Part shown: piece after piece, positions 1 to 13,641 of the stretch
Layout of the letters: each line of letters begins with the position of its first letter
How positions within the stretch are numbered: the first letter of the stretch is position 1
From: Neodothiora populina
Taxonomy: Eukaryota
Direction of reading: 5' to 3'
DNA length: 64,000 nucleotides
Assembly: GCF_041146345.1 (NCBI RefSeq)
Contig: NW_027191408.1
Location: 744,001 to 808,000, forward strand
The notes under the pieces: generated by a model
Databases searched by the model: none
The model's input: only the letters and a program-made list of their open reading frames with translations
Told to the model about the DNA's origin: nothing
Made by a program: the position numbers and the translations under genes

Positions 1-551
1 CACCTGGAATGTCAGCCCCGACGTCCAACATTGCACCCCAACACATCTTTGACAACGTCTCCTTGACTGAGCCCAACTTCCACTCTCCATCTCTGCCTTC
101 ATTTGCCTTACGGCAACCTTCGCCAACGACCGCGTCTCTCAACGGAAATCATCTCGAGAACAACCACGCATATGCCGAGAATGCTGCCAACAGCAGTCAC
201 CTCAAGACTCGCGTCAGTGAGCTCGAGGTCATCAATGATTTGTTCCGTGGCCGTGTCGCAGAACTCGAGCAGAGCGAGCAGGCTGCCCGCCGGAATGCCG
301 AGCTTGCTCACGATGCGGCAGAGAGGTACCGATCTGACCTCGACGCTGCATTGTCCCGTGAAAAGGACATGAAAAGAAGAATCGACCAGCTCGAATCTGA
401 GCTCGAGTCGTACAAGTCGCAAGCTCCCCCAGCGCCTAAGCGCGCACGTCTCAGCGACATTGTGCGTGATGACGAAGAGTCCCGCTCATTAAGCAAGTCT
501 CCACCATTGACCACTGCTGCCCCAGAGCCGGTCCAGGCTGCTGCTGCATAG
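1..551 (+). CDS. 3' part of a fungal GATA-type transcription factor (Ams2-like C-terminal coiled coil); 5' end lies outside the window
   Basis: ORF runs from near the window edge to TAG at 551. It contains LKTRVSELEVINDLFRGRVAELEQSE, a coiled-coil segment I recognise from Pezizomycotina Ams2-like GATA factors. The zinc finger is not in the window. Confidence 0.65.
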   Translation, partial: PGMSAPTSNIAPQHIFDNVSLTEPNFHSPSLPSFALRQPSPTTASLNGNHLENNHAYAENAANSSHLKTRVSELEVINDLFRGRVAELEQSEQAARRNAELAHDAAERYRSDLDAALSREKDMKRRIDQLESELESYKSQAPPAPKRARLSDIVRDDEESRSLSKSPPLTTAAPEPVQAAAA

Positions 552-1843
552 AGTGCATGACCTCACTGCATGGGCGAGTAGCTTCATCTAACGACGGGGG
601 CGTTACGGCTTCCTTTTTCTCTTCTTGTCACCAAGGAAAAGTCATGGGCTTTTGCGATTTCCTTATTTTCATTTCTTGTCGTTGGGGGACGTTTTCGATA
701 GAGTAGCTGAATCATCCGAATCAGATGATGAACGAGAGATACCAGAGCAAGCGAGCAAGCAAGCGGGAAGGAATGCTTGAAAGTCACGAACCCAAAAAAT
801 CCATACATAATCTTACCTAATTATACCAACCCTTTTTTCTCTTCGCCGAGCCTCTTTAGCCTGCCGTCACTCGTGAAGCTTCGGTGACGACCGGGCAGCC
901 ACTCCGAATATACCCAGTTTTGTTTATGCGACTAGCTCGAGTTCATCGAACAACCATTCCCACACCGTTGGTCATCGACCTTTCCATCACTCCAGATTCA
1001 TCGAGTATTGCACTACATGATTGACCTCGACTCATCAGGTATTCACTATACCAAGTCTGGCATACAGCACAGTCTACACATACTACTCAAGTTCCCATAG
1101 AGATTACAAAGGGTATTGACTCAGTGACAAGGTGCCCCTACATCTTCTCGCCCAGGGAGCGGCATATAGACTTATAGGTAAGGTAGGTAGGTTGACCTTG
1201 CCACAATATGTATATATGGGAACAATAATGTACGGGGGAATGCACGGTCTACTCCTACCGCTCACGTCTTATGGAGATCACGAGGAGGAGTGACACGTAG
1301 ACAGGCGCGGATGGGCATGGTGTTGTTGTTGGTGCTGTTGTTGCCATGTTGTTGTTAGGTAAGTACGGACTGATGTCAGCTGCACAAGAGTTGCATTTTA
1401 TACAGTACGTTCGCTGTCCACTTATTGTGAGCCCGCTTACGCATTCCTCATACTCTAGCTACCTTACCTTACCTTACCTTATGAGGCCCACCCCTGACTC
1501 TGTGCGTGCCGAAAATCAAGTCGAGTTATCTTACTGCTGTAACCCCTGTGCTACCGCACGTTGGGAGTGGTTGAACTTATACAAATACAAGCACATGTCG
1601 GTCTTGGCAACCCCATGGTCCACATGTAGTCCGATACTCCTTAATAATCGACCGACTACTTGTGCCTTGCCTTGCCTTACCGTATGTCCGCATGTGATCG
1701 AGGCCATTCGGTTGTTGTCTTTCTCCTTGGCTCTTTCCTTTCATTGTAATTGCACTATCCAACACCCGACAACCGAGACTCCACTGAACGAACACACGCG
1801 GCCGGAGTGAATGGAGTTAACGTCATTGCTATGAGACTTGAGG

Positions 1844-4150
1844 ATGCCCGGACGACCTGCAACATCAGGTTATGCGCGCATTGCGCAGGCGGAAGAGGAG
1901 GAAGAGGAAGTCGATCAATACAACTCCGAAGACGACAATGAGAACCAACACACCCTGTCCGGCAACACTCAATATGCACCGATTCAGCCCACCCGACGAC
2001 GCGACCGCATGGATGCTTCGGACAGAGCTTCACCCTCATCTCGCCGTCCCCCTCCTGGCAGACGCAGACGAACCAACTCTGGCGTCGATATCAAGGCTAT
2101 AAATGCACGTCTGGAGCGATGGGCAGACGAGATTGCGCAGAAGTTCAAGATACGCAAGGTCAAGGGGAAATCACCGGAAGAGGAGCACCTGGAGATCCAC
2201 CATTCCGTCTTCCAAGCTCCCGAGTGGTTACGCCCCGCCACCGCCGAGACTCTCGCAGAGACCGAAGAGCCGTCGGCTGATAGAATATCCAAAGTCGAGT
2301 TCGAGGAGATTGTGGAGAGCGTCAGAGTTGCAATAGAGATGGGCATGCAGCCCAAGCTCATCGCACAAGGCAGCTCCGGCAGCTACTTTGCCAGGAATCC
2401 GGCTGGAAAGGTCGTCGGAGTCTTCAAGCCCAAGGACGAGGAGCCGTACGCGTCCAAGAACCCCAAGTGGACAAAGTGGATCCATCGCAATCTGTTCCCT
2501 TTTGCTTTCGGCAGAGCGTGCCTTATTCCCAATCTGAGTTATGTGTCTGAAGCAGCGGCATACGTGCTAGATTGCCGGCTGAAAACCAACCTGGTGCCGT
2601 ATACTGACGTTGTCGCTCTATCTTCGAACGCCTTTTTTTATGATTTCTGGGACAGACGCGCGCATTACAAAAAGGGCAAGCCGTTCCCCGAGAAGCAAGG
2701 CAGTTTCCAGGTCTTTCTCAAAGGCTTCAAGGATGCCAATATCTTCCTAAAGGAACATCCTTGGCCGGATCATCACAATTCGGGGTCCAGAGGCGACGGT
2801 GCACTGCGGAAGCGTAGACACAGAGGCTTCAGAGGTTGGGGCGAGGACTGTCGACCAAAAGGTGCCGGTTCCGACGATGAGGACGATTTAGAAGATACTT
2901 CTGCATACAGTGAGCGACCACGGTCACGCCATGCATTCTGGACCGAAGCTTTGCAACTATCCTTCCGTGAGCAATTGGAAAGACTAGTCATTCTGGATTA
3001 CATTATGCGAAACACGGACAGAGGTCTCGACAACTGGATGATACGCATAGATCAGGCGAGTCAAGAAGCAACCATTGTCGTGGAGCCTCCGAAGCAAGAC
3101 AGGACACCCAAGTCTCAAGCGAATGGGTCCAGCGACCCGTATCGACGACAGGAAAACATGACCGCGTCAGGCTCAAACGGCACTGCGAATGGCTCAAATG
3201 TCAAGGTCACTATAGGCGCCATCGACAACAGTCTATCTTGGCCATGGAAACATCCTGATGCCTGGAGAAGTTTCCCGTTTGGTTGGCTGTTCCTTCCCGT
3301 GTCGCTCATCGGCCAGCCTTTCACTGAGAAGACGAAACAACACTTTTTGCCTCTGCTGACGTCGAAACTGTGGTGGAGCGAGACTCAAGTCGCCTTGCGT
3401 CGGTGTTTCGAGCAAGACTCTGACTTTCAAGAAAAGATGTTCGCTCGCCAGATGGCTGTTATCAAGGGCCAAGCATGGAACGTTGTCGAGACCCTCAAAA
3501 CACCGGATCATGGTCCACTAGAATTGACTCGAAGAGCACGAGTCTGCGTTTGGGACGATCTTGTTGACATACCTGTTGCCGTACCTATGCGGGCGCCTTC
3601 AGACGATGTCCGTCGTAAAGCCGCAGATTTCAAGGCAGCAGCACCGAGAAGCAAAGCACGGGGAATTGCGGAAGAAGACGAGATGGATATCAGTGCTGCC
3701 CATGCCTCCGCCCCCCTGCCTGAACACGATCTGCTTGGCCTACATCTCGACGTGAGCCAACCGAATAGGTTCAACGTCTCCCGACAGAACGGTGCCAACG
3801 ATGGACGCGGAAGTGAAGAGGAAGCCAGACCTCTCTCACCATCAAGCGTGCAAGGCTTCACATTTGACACCGCAAAGAAACCAGTGGTACAACAGCGACC
3901 ATTGAACAAGAGCAGGTTGAGCTATGATGAACCACGGCGATTGTTCGATAATATCAACGAGCGCAAGAGGCGATTTTCATTCTCGCTTGGCGGCAAGTCC
4001 AGTAATGCCTTCAACGATCCGAATAACGATGAAGAGGAAGGCGACCTTGGGTTCGCCGCTGCGGAGGATCAAGAAGGAAACAGACGTAAAGTCATCGTGG
4101 AAAGGCTCGAAATGGTCAAGGGCAGGAACCCGGTTTTCACTTGGTGTTAG
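1844..4150 (+). CDS. LSB6: Type II phosphatidylinositol 4-kinase
   Basis: Single-exon ORF, first ATG at 1844. Motifs QGSSGSYF, VFKPKDEEPY, DYIMRNTDRGLDNW and AIDNSLSWPWKHPD; C-terminus PVFTWC. Confidence 0.95.
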   Translation: MPGRPATSGYARIAQAEEEEEEVDQYNSEDDNENQHTLSGNTQYAPIQPTRRRDRMDASDRASPSSRRPPPGRRRRTNSGVDIKAINARLERWADEIAQKFKIRKVKGKSPEEEHLEIHHSVFQAPEWLRPATAETLAETEEPSADRISKVEFEEIVESVRVAIEMGMQPKLIAQGSSGSYFARNPAGKVVGVFKPKDEEPYASKNPKWTKWIHRNLFPFAFGRACLIPNLSYVSEAAAYVLDCRLKTNLVPYTDVVALSSNAFFYDFWDRRAHYKKGKPFPEKQGSFQVFLKGFKDANIFLKEHPWPDHHNSGSRGDGALRKRRHRGFRGWGEDCRPKGAGSDDEDDLEDTSAYSERPRSRHAFWTEALQLSFREQLERLVILDYIMRNTDRGLDNWMIRIDQASQEATIVVEPPKQDRTPKSQANGSSDPYRRQENMTASGSNGTANGSNVKVTIGAIDNSLSWPWKHPDAWRSFPFGWLFLPVSLIGQPFTEKTKQHFLPLLTSKLWWSETQVALRRCFEQDSDFQEKMFARQMAVIKGQAWNVVETLKTPDHGPLELTRRARVCVWDDLVDIPVAVPMRAPSDDVRRKAADFKAAAPRSKARGIAEEDEMDISAAHASAPLPEHDLLGLHLDVSQPNRFNVSRQNGANDGRGSEEEARPLSPSSVQGFTFDTAKKPVVQQRPLNKSRLSYDEPRRLFDNINERKRRFSFSLGGKSSNAFNDPNNDEEEGDLGFAAAEDQEGNRRKVIVERLEMVKGRNPVFTWC

Positions 4151-4816
4151 AAGAGAAAATGACATGCACGTCTCGATTACTGCATGGAAAATGGCTTGGA
4201 TGCATGGGCCCGGCGCAATTCAGAATATTTGTACTATACAACGACTGAAAGATGCATCTTCATTACTGTCCAATGGTATCACACGTCAAAATTTTGATGC
4301 ACTTATGCTTAGTAGCTTTTCCGATGCAGTCCGACCATGCCTCAAGCATTGCAATAATCTGGTAGATATCGGTAGTGTTGCTGTGGTCAGCCACACTTGA
4401 CAGGCGTTGCGCCACATATGGCGCCCGTTCGTAAGCGTCACCTTGAAAATGGTCTATCATTAACGATACCATAACGATAATTATCTCTCACTCGCATGAT
4501 TTACAATAACATCAGTCTTCACTTGAGATATTCCAAGCGACAACACTGTCACTATCGTCGTGGGGCTTGACCATTTCCTTGCTCTCCTTCAGTTCAAATC
4601 CTTCATTGTTGCCTCGAGGGTCATCGTCTCCTACAAGCATACGCCACAACAACCTGGGTCTAACACATTTACTTCACTTTCTCCTTCACGAGCGGCATTC
4701 AATAGTCAAGTTGCTCTCTTCACCGAAGGGCTAGAGGGCTCCCCCTCTGTGTATGACGACCCTTGATTGACTCGACATTGATTCATCGAGTGTCGCCACT
4801 CTGACTCTTCCTCGAA

Positions 4817-7800
4817 ATGAATGCGGCGCAACGCGCTGCACTACTCAATCCCAAGCAAGCACGAAGTACGTAGACATTTGACATTCCTTCACTCACTCGC
4901 ATAAGCATCGTCTATAGACATCATGCAGAGTCAGGAGCGCAGCATCCAACCTCATCTTCCTCACCTTCCTCAACTCTCTCCTGCACCCCTCGATATACTC
5001 TCCTCCTTGCTGCAAAATACAGAAGTGACTTTCAACAACATGGATGATGCCGTTTCAACACAAGGCATCCAATCCCCCTACACAGACGATCTACAGAACA
5101 GCAGTACAGCCATGCAACTTGACGTTGACGACATGATTGTGGATACAGAAAACAAGGCAAACTCAGTGAAGCCCACCGACGATGCCGACTCGACTACACG
5201 CCGTTTCGATCCCAAGAAACTCATAAGTCCTCGAGCGAAACGCACTTATGATGCCTTGAAAGGTGACACTGACCATGACGATGATGATGCTCTTGGAGGC
5301 TCAAGTCCTGGTTCGGGTCAAAGCAGTCTGCTGATGAAACAGTTCAATGTGGGTGAGCGCGAGCATGTTTCGCAAAAGCGACAGAAGCCTGCTGCTACAA
5401 ATGATCCACAGCAACCGGAGAAGCAGAAGTCTAAGTTCGGCGGCGGTCGTAGCCATGGTGAACTGGGCCAGTATATCAAGCAGAAGCAAGATGAAGGTGC
5501 AGCCGAAGCGGGCCCTTCTCGTGTCGTTGATCTGACCGATGATGCCGATGCCGATGACGACGTCTCTATCACTAAGAGCGTTTTTGTTGGTCAGGATCCT
5601 TCAAGCGATCCGGAGCGTGAAGTTTGCATAGGCATGTTGCACGCAAAGGTGATGGCTTATGCTGTCCCATTTTCGGCAAACAAAGTGCTTGGAAAGATGA
5701 CCGACAAGTGGCCGGCATGCAAGATTTCGTTGAAACCAGCTGGAACTAGTATCGTCATTGAAACCCTCGACAGCAAGGGTAATGGCTTTGGCAAGCTTGA
5801 CTTTCGCGAGGCCAATGTGCTCTCACCTCTTCTCAAGGCCACCCAGATGAACAAGCTACGTGCTGTTACGTATCTCAGCGAGCGTCCTCGTAGAACCGGA
5901 CAACGACCTGGCGAACAGATCTCGGAGTCTATGGACTGCCGCATAGTCCTTTATGCTGCTGCCAGTAAGGCCACCCCACTGGGAAAATTTCTGAGTCAAC
6001 GAAACATGTTCCTCTCGAAGCCATTGATTGTTGAAAATGGCAGGGAGGTCATGAACCCCCACGTGCCAGTCTACAAGGGCCCTCCAAAGGCCAGTAATGG
6101 TTCCGTTCGCAATGTCCAATATGGATACAAGGATCGTACTACCGAAGAAATCAAGAGAGACGTCCTTGGAATGTTTGATCGACTGATCAAGTCTGAAGAG
6201 CTTCCAGAAATGGAAGCCGATAAAAATCGGGTCAAGACGGAGCTGATGTCTCATCAGAAGCAGGCGTTGTATTTCCTTACGAAGCAAGAGATCCCTACAG
6301 CTGCTGGAGAGCCTCCCAGCAATCTGTGGAAGTCGAGCTATAAAAAGGATGGCACGAAGACATGGTACAACGTCATTTCAGGCCACGAACTCAAAGCGCC
6401 AGACCTCTCACTTGGTGGCATTTTCGCAGATATGATGGGACTAGGTAAAACACTCAGTGTCCTTTCGCGCATTTGTGCCTCGATCGACGAAGCCAAAGAT
6501 TTCGGTAATTCTGACCTGCCAGCTGAGCTGGAGGAACATGCTACAGCAGAGCGTAATACCAAGGCAACTCTCATCGTATGCCCGAAAAGTGTTCTGTCGA
6601 ACTGGGACGAGCAGATCAAAGCGCACCTGAACCAGGAAAAGATCAAATTCTACATCTACCACGGACAGAAGCGCTTACAGGACATTGACGAACTCGCAGA
6701 GTATGACATTGTCATCACAGCTTACACTACTGTTGGCAGCGAGTTCACATCGAAGACCGTCAATTTTTCGGCAATGTCGAAGCTCAACTGGTACCGCATA
6801 GTACTCGATGAGGCTCACATGATCCGTAACCAAGACACCAATGTCTTCAAAGCTGCATGTGCACTGCTTTCGAAACGTCGCTGGGCAGTGACAGGCACAC
6901 CCATCCAGAACCGTCTTGACGACCTCGGCGCTCTCATCCGCTTCCTCAAGATCTACCCTTTCCATCAGAAGGGCTTGTTTGAGCAGCACTTTATGTCGCC
7001 GTTCAAGGCTGGGGATCCCCAAGTCATCTCGAATCTCCAATTGCTCGTCGACAGCATGACACTTCGCCGATCCAAGGACAAGATTGAGCTTCCAGGAAGG
7101 ATCGAGTCTGTGATACGACTCGACTTCACGGAGTCCGAGAGCGCTTTGTACGAGGCCTTTGCAAAAGACGCCAACCGCAAGCTCAATGCCATGGTTGGAC
7201 AAGGTGCCAACGGCCGTCTCCAGGGCAGATCGTACGCTCATGTCTTGGTCAACATCACTCGTCTGCGTCTGATCTGTGCACACGGTAGAGAATTGCTCAG
7301 TGAAGATGACATGAAGGTGCTTGCTGGAAGCACCTGGGATACAGCCATCGACCTCGGCCTGGAGGAAGATGCGGACAAACCAAGTATGACCGAGGACCAG
7401 ATTTATGATACCTTCTACCTCCTCCGCGAATCGAACATGGACGTCTGCGCAAAGTGTAACGAAACCATCGGCAAGGTCAGCGAGGGAGAAGCCGACGACT
7501 ACGACGACGAAGGCATCGACAACGACATCATCGGCTACATGACACCATGCCTGCACACCATCTGCCCAAGATGCATTGAAGACTACAAACGTCAACTCAT
7601 GGAGACCCAAAGCAAGGATAACTACGCCATCTGCCCAACCTGCGAGCAGTACAACAAAGCCGTCCTGCCCCCAATCCGCCAGTCCGGCGTGCAAGCCGAC
7701 CTCGAACATCGCCAGCAGAAGAAGCTACACCGCACCAAGCGAGGCGGCAACTACAGCGGCCCACACACAAAGGTCAAAGCCCTGGTCACCGACCTCCTCC

Positions 7801-8312
7801 GCTTCAAAGCAGAGAGCGCGGACCTGGCCGGAATCGGCGAACCGCCCGTCCGCAGCGTCGTCTTCTCAGGCTGGACGCAATACCTAGACTTGATCGAGAT
7901 TGCGCTGCGCGACAACGAAATCCCCTTTTTGCGTCTCGACGGCAAGATGTCCGTGCCACAGCGCTCGGCGGTGCTCGACCGCTTCAAGACCGACCCGGAG
8001 ATCCTCTGTATCCTCGTGTCCATCAAAGCTGGCGGCCAGGGCCTCAACTTCACGGCCGCGAACAAGGTCTTCATGATGGAGCCGCAGTTCAACCCTGGGG
8101 TCGAGATGCAGGCTGTCGACCGCGTGCATCGTCTGGGTCAGAAACGCGACGTCGAGATCAAGCGCTTCATCATGAGCAATAGCTTCGAGGAGAAGATCGT
8201 TGAGCTGCAGCGTAAGAAGGTCGAGTTGGCTCAGTTGGCTCATCAGGGTGGCAAGACGGGCAGCGAGAGCATGAAAGAGAAGATGGAGAATCTGAGGAGC
8301 TTGTTCCGCTGA
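4817..8312 (+). CDS. SNF2-family DNA translocase with HIRAN-like region and inserted RING finger (Rad5/Rad16/HLTF-like)
   Basis: Motifs GGIFADMMGLGKT, RIVLDEAH, TGTPIQN, C3HC4 RING (CAKC...CLH..CPRC...CPTC) and QAVDRVHRLGQ. A probable first exon 4817-4865 (MNAAQRAALLNPKQAR) joins in frame via a GTACGT...TAG intron at 4866-4917. Confidence 0.9.
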
Positions 8313-8574
8313 GCATGAGCGATAGATGCAAATCGAGGCCATCGATTGGGGTTTGTCCTTTGGGTAAGATGAACCAAGAGGGGTGATACTATAACCTCGG
8401 TGATACCGTCAGGCAAAGGGAACAGACACAAGACAATTTCTGGACTTTGCACAGCAGGGACAGCAGGAGATTTATACCCCTCGATACGATATGATACGAT
8501 ACATTAATGACAGACCTCTCTCTGCTTACAGCGGCCTTTGTTCCCTGTGACCCAATTGTAATCAGCCCCAAAAA

Positions 8575-11500
8575 TCACCACCAGCGATCAAGCACAGCCC
8601 TGATATCCTCTACGACCGTGCCCGTCATCTCTAACTGCGCATCGAGATTCTCCCTAACCCAATCCCCAATCCTGTCTTTCCTCTTCGCCTCATCCTCAAG
8701 CATCTGTCTCAGCAGCGCCACGCCGCCTCGATCAAGCAGTCTCTGCAGGACATCGCCATCGATGTGCATATCAGCTGGCTTGACAGGACTACTGCGCTCT
8801 GTAGTCACTGACTCGAGATCGAACCCTCGCGGAGGCAGAATAAGTGCTGCGTCCTCGTCCATGTCTCCATCAAACACATTCATCGAGTGGCGGGGCGCCA
8901 TCGGGCAGATCCGCTTGCTCCTCTCGCACAATCGCTGGACCCATCGAAGCCTGTGGGCGAGGTCTCCCTCGAGGATTGCGAGCCCCGTCAGTGTGCCGTC
9001 GACGGAGGTGCCGATCAGTCTGTCTTCGACTATGCCGGCGACTCGCGCTGCTTTCCACGGTGGCAAGACGTTGGCTTTTCTCAATCGCACTAGTGATCGA
9101 GATGTTATGCCGTCGAAGGCGGTCGTCACTGCGTTGCTGAACGTGCGCGTTTCTGGCGTGGGTGCGATCTGGCCTACTACGTGACGGTCGCGCGTCGACA
9201 AAAGGTTGAGAGTCAAATTACTTGTCGGCTCGTGGCCATCTGGTGAGGAGGAGCGGTGAGGTGGATATGCGAGATCAAGGGTGAGATGGAAAACCGCCTT
9301 TCGCGGTATAGAGTCTGCTCCAACAAGGCTGAATCTGTGCTCGTCGGGAGAGTATTGCAGAGTGAGCAGTGAATCTTCATTGGTTGAGACGTGGACCATT
9401 GGTGGAGCTGTGGTGACATAGACTCCAGGATGGGTAGGTCTGAAGCGGCATACTTCAGTGAACTTGCTGTCGCTTGGCTGATATTCGAACATGTAGATCC
9501 ATGGATTTGTGCATGCGACAAGGCCGCATGCACCATATGGTGCCAGTGAATACACGGCCGTGTCGAAAGTGCGCAGTCGTCTTGGTCTTACTTGCTCAAT
9601 GACGCCGTCGCGCAAGACTGGCTGTAAAAGTATGATTTCACCGTTCACCGGCGACTTGTTGTCAATAGGTCCACTGCCCAGTGCGACGAATGCGTACTTC
9701 TTGCCACTTGGATCTCTGTAGATCCACTCTGTGATTGAATAGATACGAGATCCGGGTTCGAGCTCATGAACGTATCGCCAGGGTCTCGAACCAGTCCCTC
9801 GGAATTCAATGACAGGTCTAATTGAGCGGCTGTCTAGACCTCGACGTGTTTGAGAGGGGTGCACACCAATCTCGGCCGCCACGGTGATGAAGCATCCATA
9901 ACTATGCGAGTATATCACGCGGTTTGGCGTTCCTTGTACCATAAGTGAGCGAGGGACCACCTGACGATTAGCCTCGGTCTTTGTAATGTATGCGGTATCT
10001 CCACATGTTACAATCAGCGATTGTGGTAGGACTTCGCCGATGCAATCGCTGAAAGGGACCATCGCAAATGCTGTGACTGCGCCTTGTTGGAGTGATGGAT
10101 CTTCTGCATCTGTAATCCAGACATCAGCTATGGTCAGATCTTTTGTGGATGCTCCTTTCCATGTTATCTTGAAAAGCCCACCACCACATGTTGCGTATGC
10201 GGCCAGGCTGATCAACCGCGGACTGTGCTTGGACAGAGTCGTTGTGTCCGGCTTCAACTTGACAGATGTGAAGCCCAGTACAAAGTGCTGGCTTGATTGC
10301 ACGGAAAAGACCTCTGCTTGGCTCACGAGAAGCTCGATAGCATGCAAAGTGCCGTCACGAAGTCCGCAAAGTAGCATGAGCCGATGATGCTGACCGTCAT
10401 TGATCTGCTTGAAGTCGGTCAAAGCTACGATATCCTCGCAAGCGTTAGACATGTCAGCTTCCTCCACCAAGGTATGTGTTAATATCTCGATCATTCCTCT
10501 ATCTGGGGTCAAGCCATAAAATAGCAACGAAGCATTTGAGGTTCCAAAGACAGCCACCATTCCCATTGTAGTCTTGAAAATCGCAGCAGACAAGATTTCG
10601 AGAACTGAAGTAGCCGGGCTTCCAATGGACTGTAGACGAGCTTCGTTTCCATTCATCGAAATGCGGAACAGGTTGATGCGCGAGGCTCCGTTCTCTCGTA
10701 CTGCAGTCACAGCTACATCGTGCTCTTCATCTATGGCTGCTGCGGTAATGTTTCTGCCAACCGGACAACTCTCGCGCAAGACCCCGACTTGACCACCTTG
10801 GGACAAAGTGATGGTGTCGACTGTGACTTGCATGATGCAGTCGTCTGCAACCATAGCTGCAGCAAGGGTGCGACTGTCGAGATCGATGCCAATATCTTCA
10901 TCAACTTCAACAAGACATCCTTGTTCGAGAGGCTCATCGAACGTTCCCAAAGGCACCCGCCAGAGCTTGCTATCATCTGGCCGCGACAGCAGTATTAATA
11001 ATTCCTGTCGCCCCGCAAGAGGAAGGTTCCACATCTGCACAACGTCTTGCAACATAGGGAACTTAGCCCCCGAACGGGCTTGAATGCCAGATCGCAGCTC
11101 CGATAGTCGTCCATACGGCTGTCTGCCCCCTGACACGAATAGTGCATCTCGTGGGCGAGCACGGCCGTCAGAACCTTTCGATATTTTCGAAGCAACAAGA
11201 TCAAAGGTAGCTGTCCAATTAGGCAGTGTTGAAATGATCTCTGAACCGATCTCGGATTTAGACTCTGGCCAGGGCATAATGCCGTGGACAGCGCCATCAC
11301 TCATATCAGCGCCTATGGCGAAGAAGTCGTTTTGATTTTGATTGCCGTAACAAGCAAAGGCTGAATCAATATGACAATTGAAATTATTGACATGGCTTGC
11401 GGATGCGTGTCGTTCAGGAGCTTGTCTTTCCAGGACAAAATAAAATACATCACCGTCTTCTCGAGCCAGATACAGATAATCCTCTTTCTGGTTCGGCCCT

Positions 11501-12613
11501 TCATTACGTCTTGGTCGAGCCCAAGCAACCCATCGAGCTGACAACGGGGAGCTTCCTGGACGCTGCAAGTCACACTCAGGTAAAACAACTCGCTGAACTT
11601 TCTCGATATGGCCTGTCAAGATATTGGTATATACCCAAATATCCGGCCCCACTGTCAAAATGAAAGCTGCCGAGCTTCGGATAGGTATTAGCAGATTCGG
11701 GATCGGAGCTCCTGAGACCATGAGTCAGCGATGCGGTTGCATGCGGTATTCCCAACATACCTTTCAAGATTGGTAACGGATTATGGTATTGTGCGTGTTG
11801 TATACCCGTTACATAGTCCCATATCACCCGGATCAAGAATGTTTTGCGGTCTCGGACAACAATCAGGAGTAAAATGACTTGATCAGGGTCGCTGTCGGGT
11901 GGGTATAAAAAGTCCATTGCCTGAACGATACCACGAATGCGGGCCAATGGTCTCTCATGAGATACAGGCAACATACCGAGACCCCATTGCGCGTCTGGTC
12001 CCATGGGTTCCACAGAATACAGGAAAACATTATCCTGTGCCGCCGCTACAGCTACCGCGCGAGACCTCGGGTCTACAGCCAGATGCTTGCCGAGCTGCTG
12101 TGGCAGAGATGGGAACGCCGGCAAGGGTACATTCGAGGTCATTTCGAAGCTTATTGAGCCCATGGCATCTTCACAAGCATACATGAAGACAAGCTGATGC
12201 GTTTCCAACACCAAAACCAGACACTGGGGCGGCAGTCTTGTTGTTTCAGGAAAGGGTTGTCCAGGGTTTTCGTTTCTCTCGGCTTTAATGCCACTATCGG
12301 AATCGTCGTCTTCCTCATATGTGACCTGACCCAGAACTTTTGCAGAAAGAATTCTGCAATCAAAATCGGCCTTAGTTGCTACATGTCTCAAATGTCCGCC
12401 ATCATGAATCTGCTTGATATGAATCACATCTTCTCCGACAAAGATCAGATCGTCTTTATCCTTGTGACGTATCCGCGCAGGCAAGATCCATCTGATGACG
12501 GGGCTGTAAGTGATTGTCTTTGTGAGTAAGCCAAGTATCGGCTGCTCAGATGGGCGAGTAGCTTGTTCTTCCAAAAGACTATCCTGTCCGCTGGTGAGAC
12601 CATTGTCTGGCAT
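8575..12613 (-). CDS. Mms1/DDB1/CPSF-A-like beta-propeller protein ('thermotolerance protein' family)
   Basis: Two long minus-strand ORFs joined by intron 11760-11712 (GTATGT...GCTGAC...CAG), giving LKG-APIP. N-terminal SPVIRWILPARIRH and GKHLAVDPRSRAVAVAA, C-terminal HIDGDVL. Start uncertain; the first ATG is at 12613. Confidence 0.75.
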
Positions 12614-13641
12614 CGTCACTTTAGTCCCAAGGAAATGCTGTACTCCAAAAAGCAGATGAGCTCGAATATGCTGTATGTAAACATGCGATAAAGGCAACCT
12701 GGGAAGGACTCTGAAATGGTATACCAGTGTGAGGTATTTTCGTCGACGATTAGGTACGTATCTTGAGAGAATCTTCGATCAAAATGATCAGGAGAAAGAA
12801 ATCAGTAATACAACTGGAGACTTGATGTAATAGTCCTTTCAGTAATGCGATTGTCTTGTTGCATCACAATCTTTTTGAATAGAGTTCATGAGATCGAAAA
12901 GGCTCTCAAGCATGTGAATATTGTATATAAAGATGCCCTTTGCAGGAAGATATGCGTACGCACGAGTGGATGCTGCAGGGGCGCCTAGAGTAGACAACAT
13001 CTCAAATTAATTCACAGACTTAACAACATGGGCTCTGCAAGGGATCGCAATGATGATCACGACACCTCGCAGCCCTTGGAGATCATGGATTTGAGCCAAA
13101 GATTGTGAGATATGTCATTGGTCGAATTGAAAATGGTCATCACTCACCCAAAAGTGATCAGGTTTAGTGCCAGCAGCAAGCGAGACTGGGCCTAAGCCGT
13201 CGCGAGCCAAAAAGGTAGTTCAAATAAGGCAGCGTGTTTTAATCGAAGCCGGATTCAGGATTGGCTTGTTACCTTACCTACTGTACTCCTGCTGGTAAGA
13301 CGATCGCTGAAAACAATAGCCGCGCCGGGCAATGCTAGGACCTGCACAACTCAGCCGAGTCTAGTAAGTCAAGTACCATACCCTACGCTTCGCGCCACCG
13401 AAAGGACCGAAATGATCAAGTAGAACGTTACCAGCAGGGTGTTTCGGCGCTGTCGATCTCTCTTGGGGGCTTTAAAGATATATTCTACTGCAAGGTAGGG
13501 ATTCTGACCTGCAGTTACAGTGTGCACTAAGAAAATGGATTTATTGCAGCCATTTGGGGACAAGACTTTAGCCGTGCAGGATGATGCACTGACGTGACGA
13601 CACGCGAAACAGCGCGTTGGTTTCGGCCATTACCTTTCGCT

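Noticed and set aside
6675..7709. 344-aa minus-strand ORF, and similar antisense ORFs such as 54497-55120 and 8507-9184
   Set aside because: Shadow ORFs opposite well-supported genes, explained by codon bias, with no recognisable motifs.
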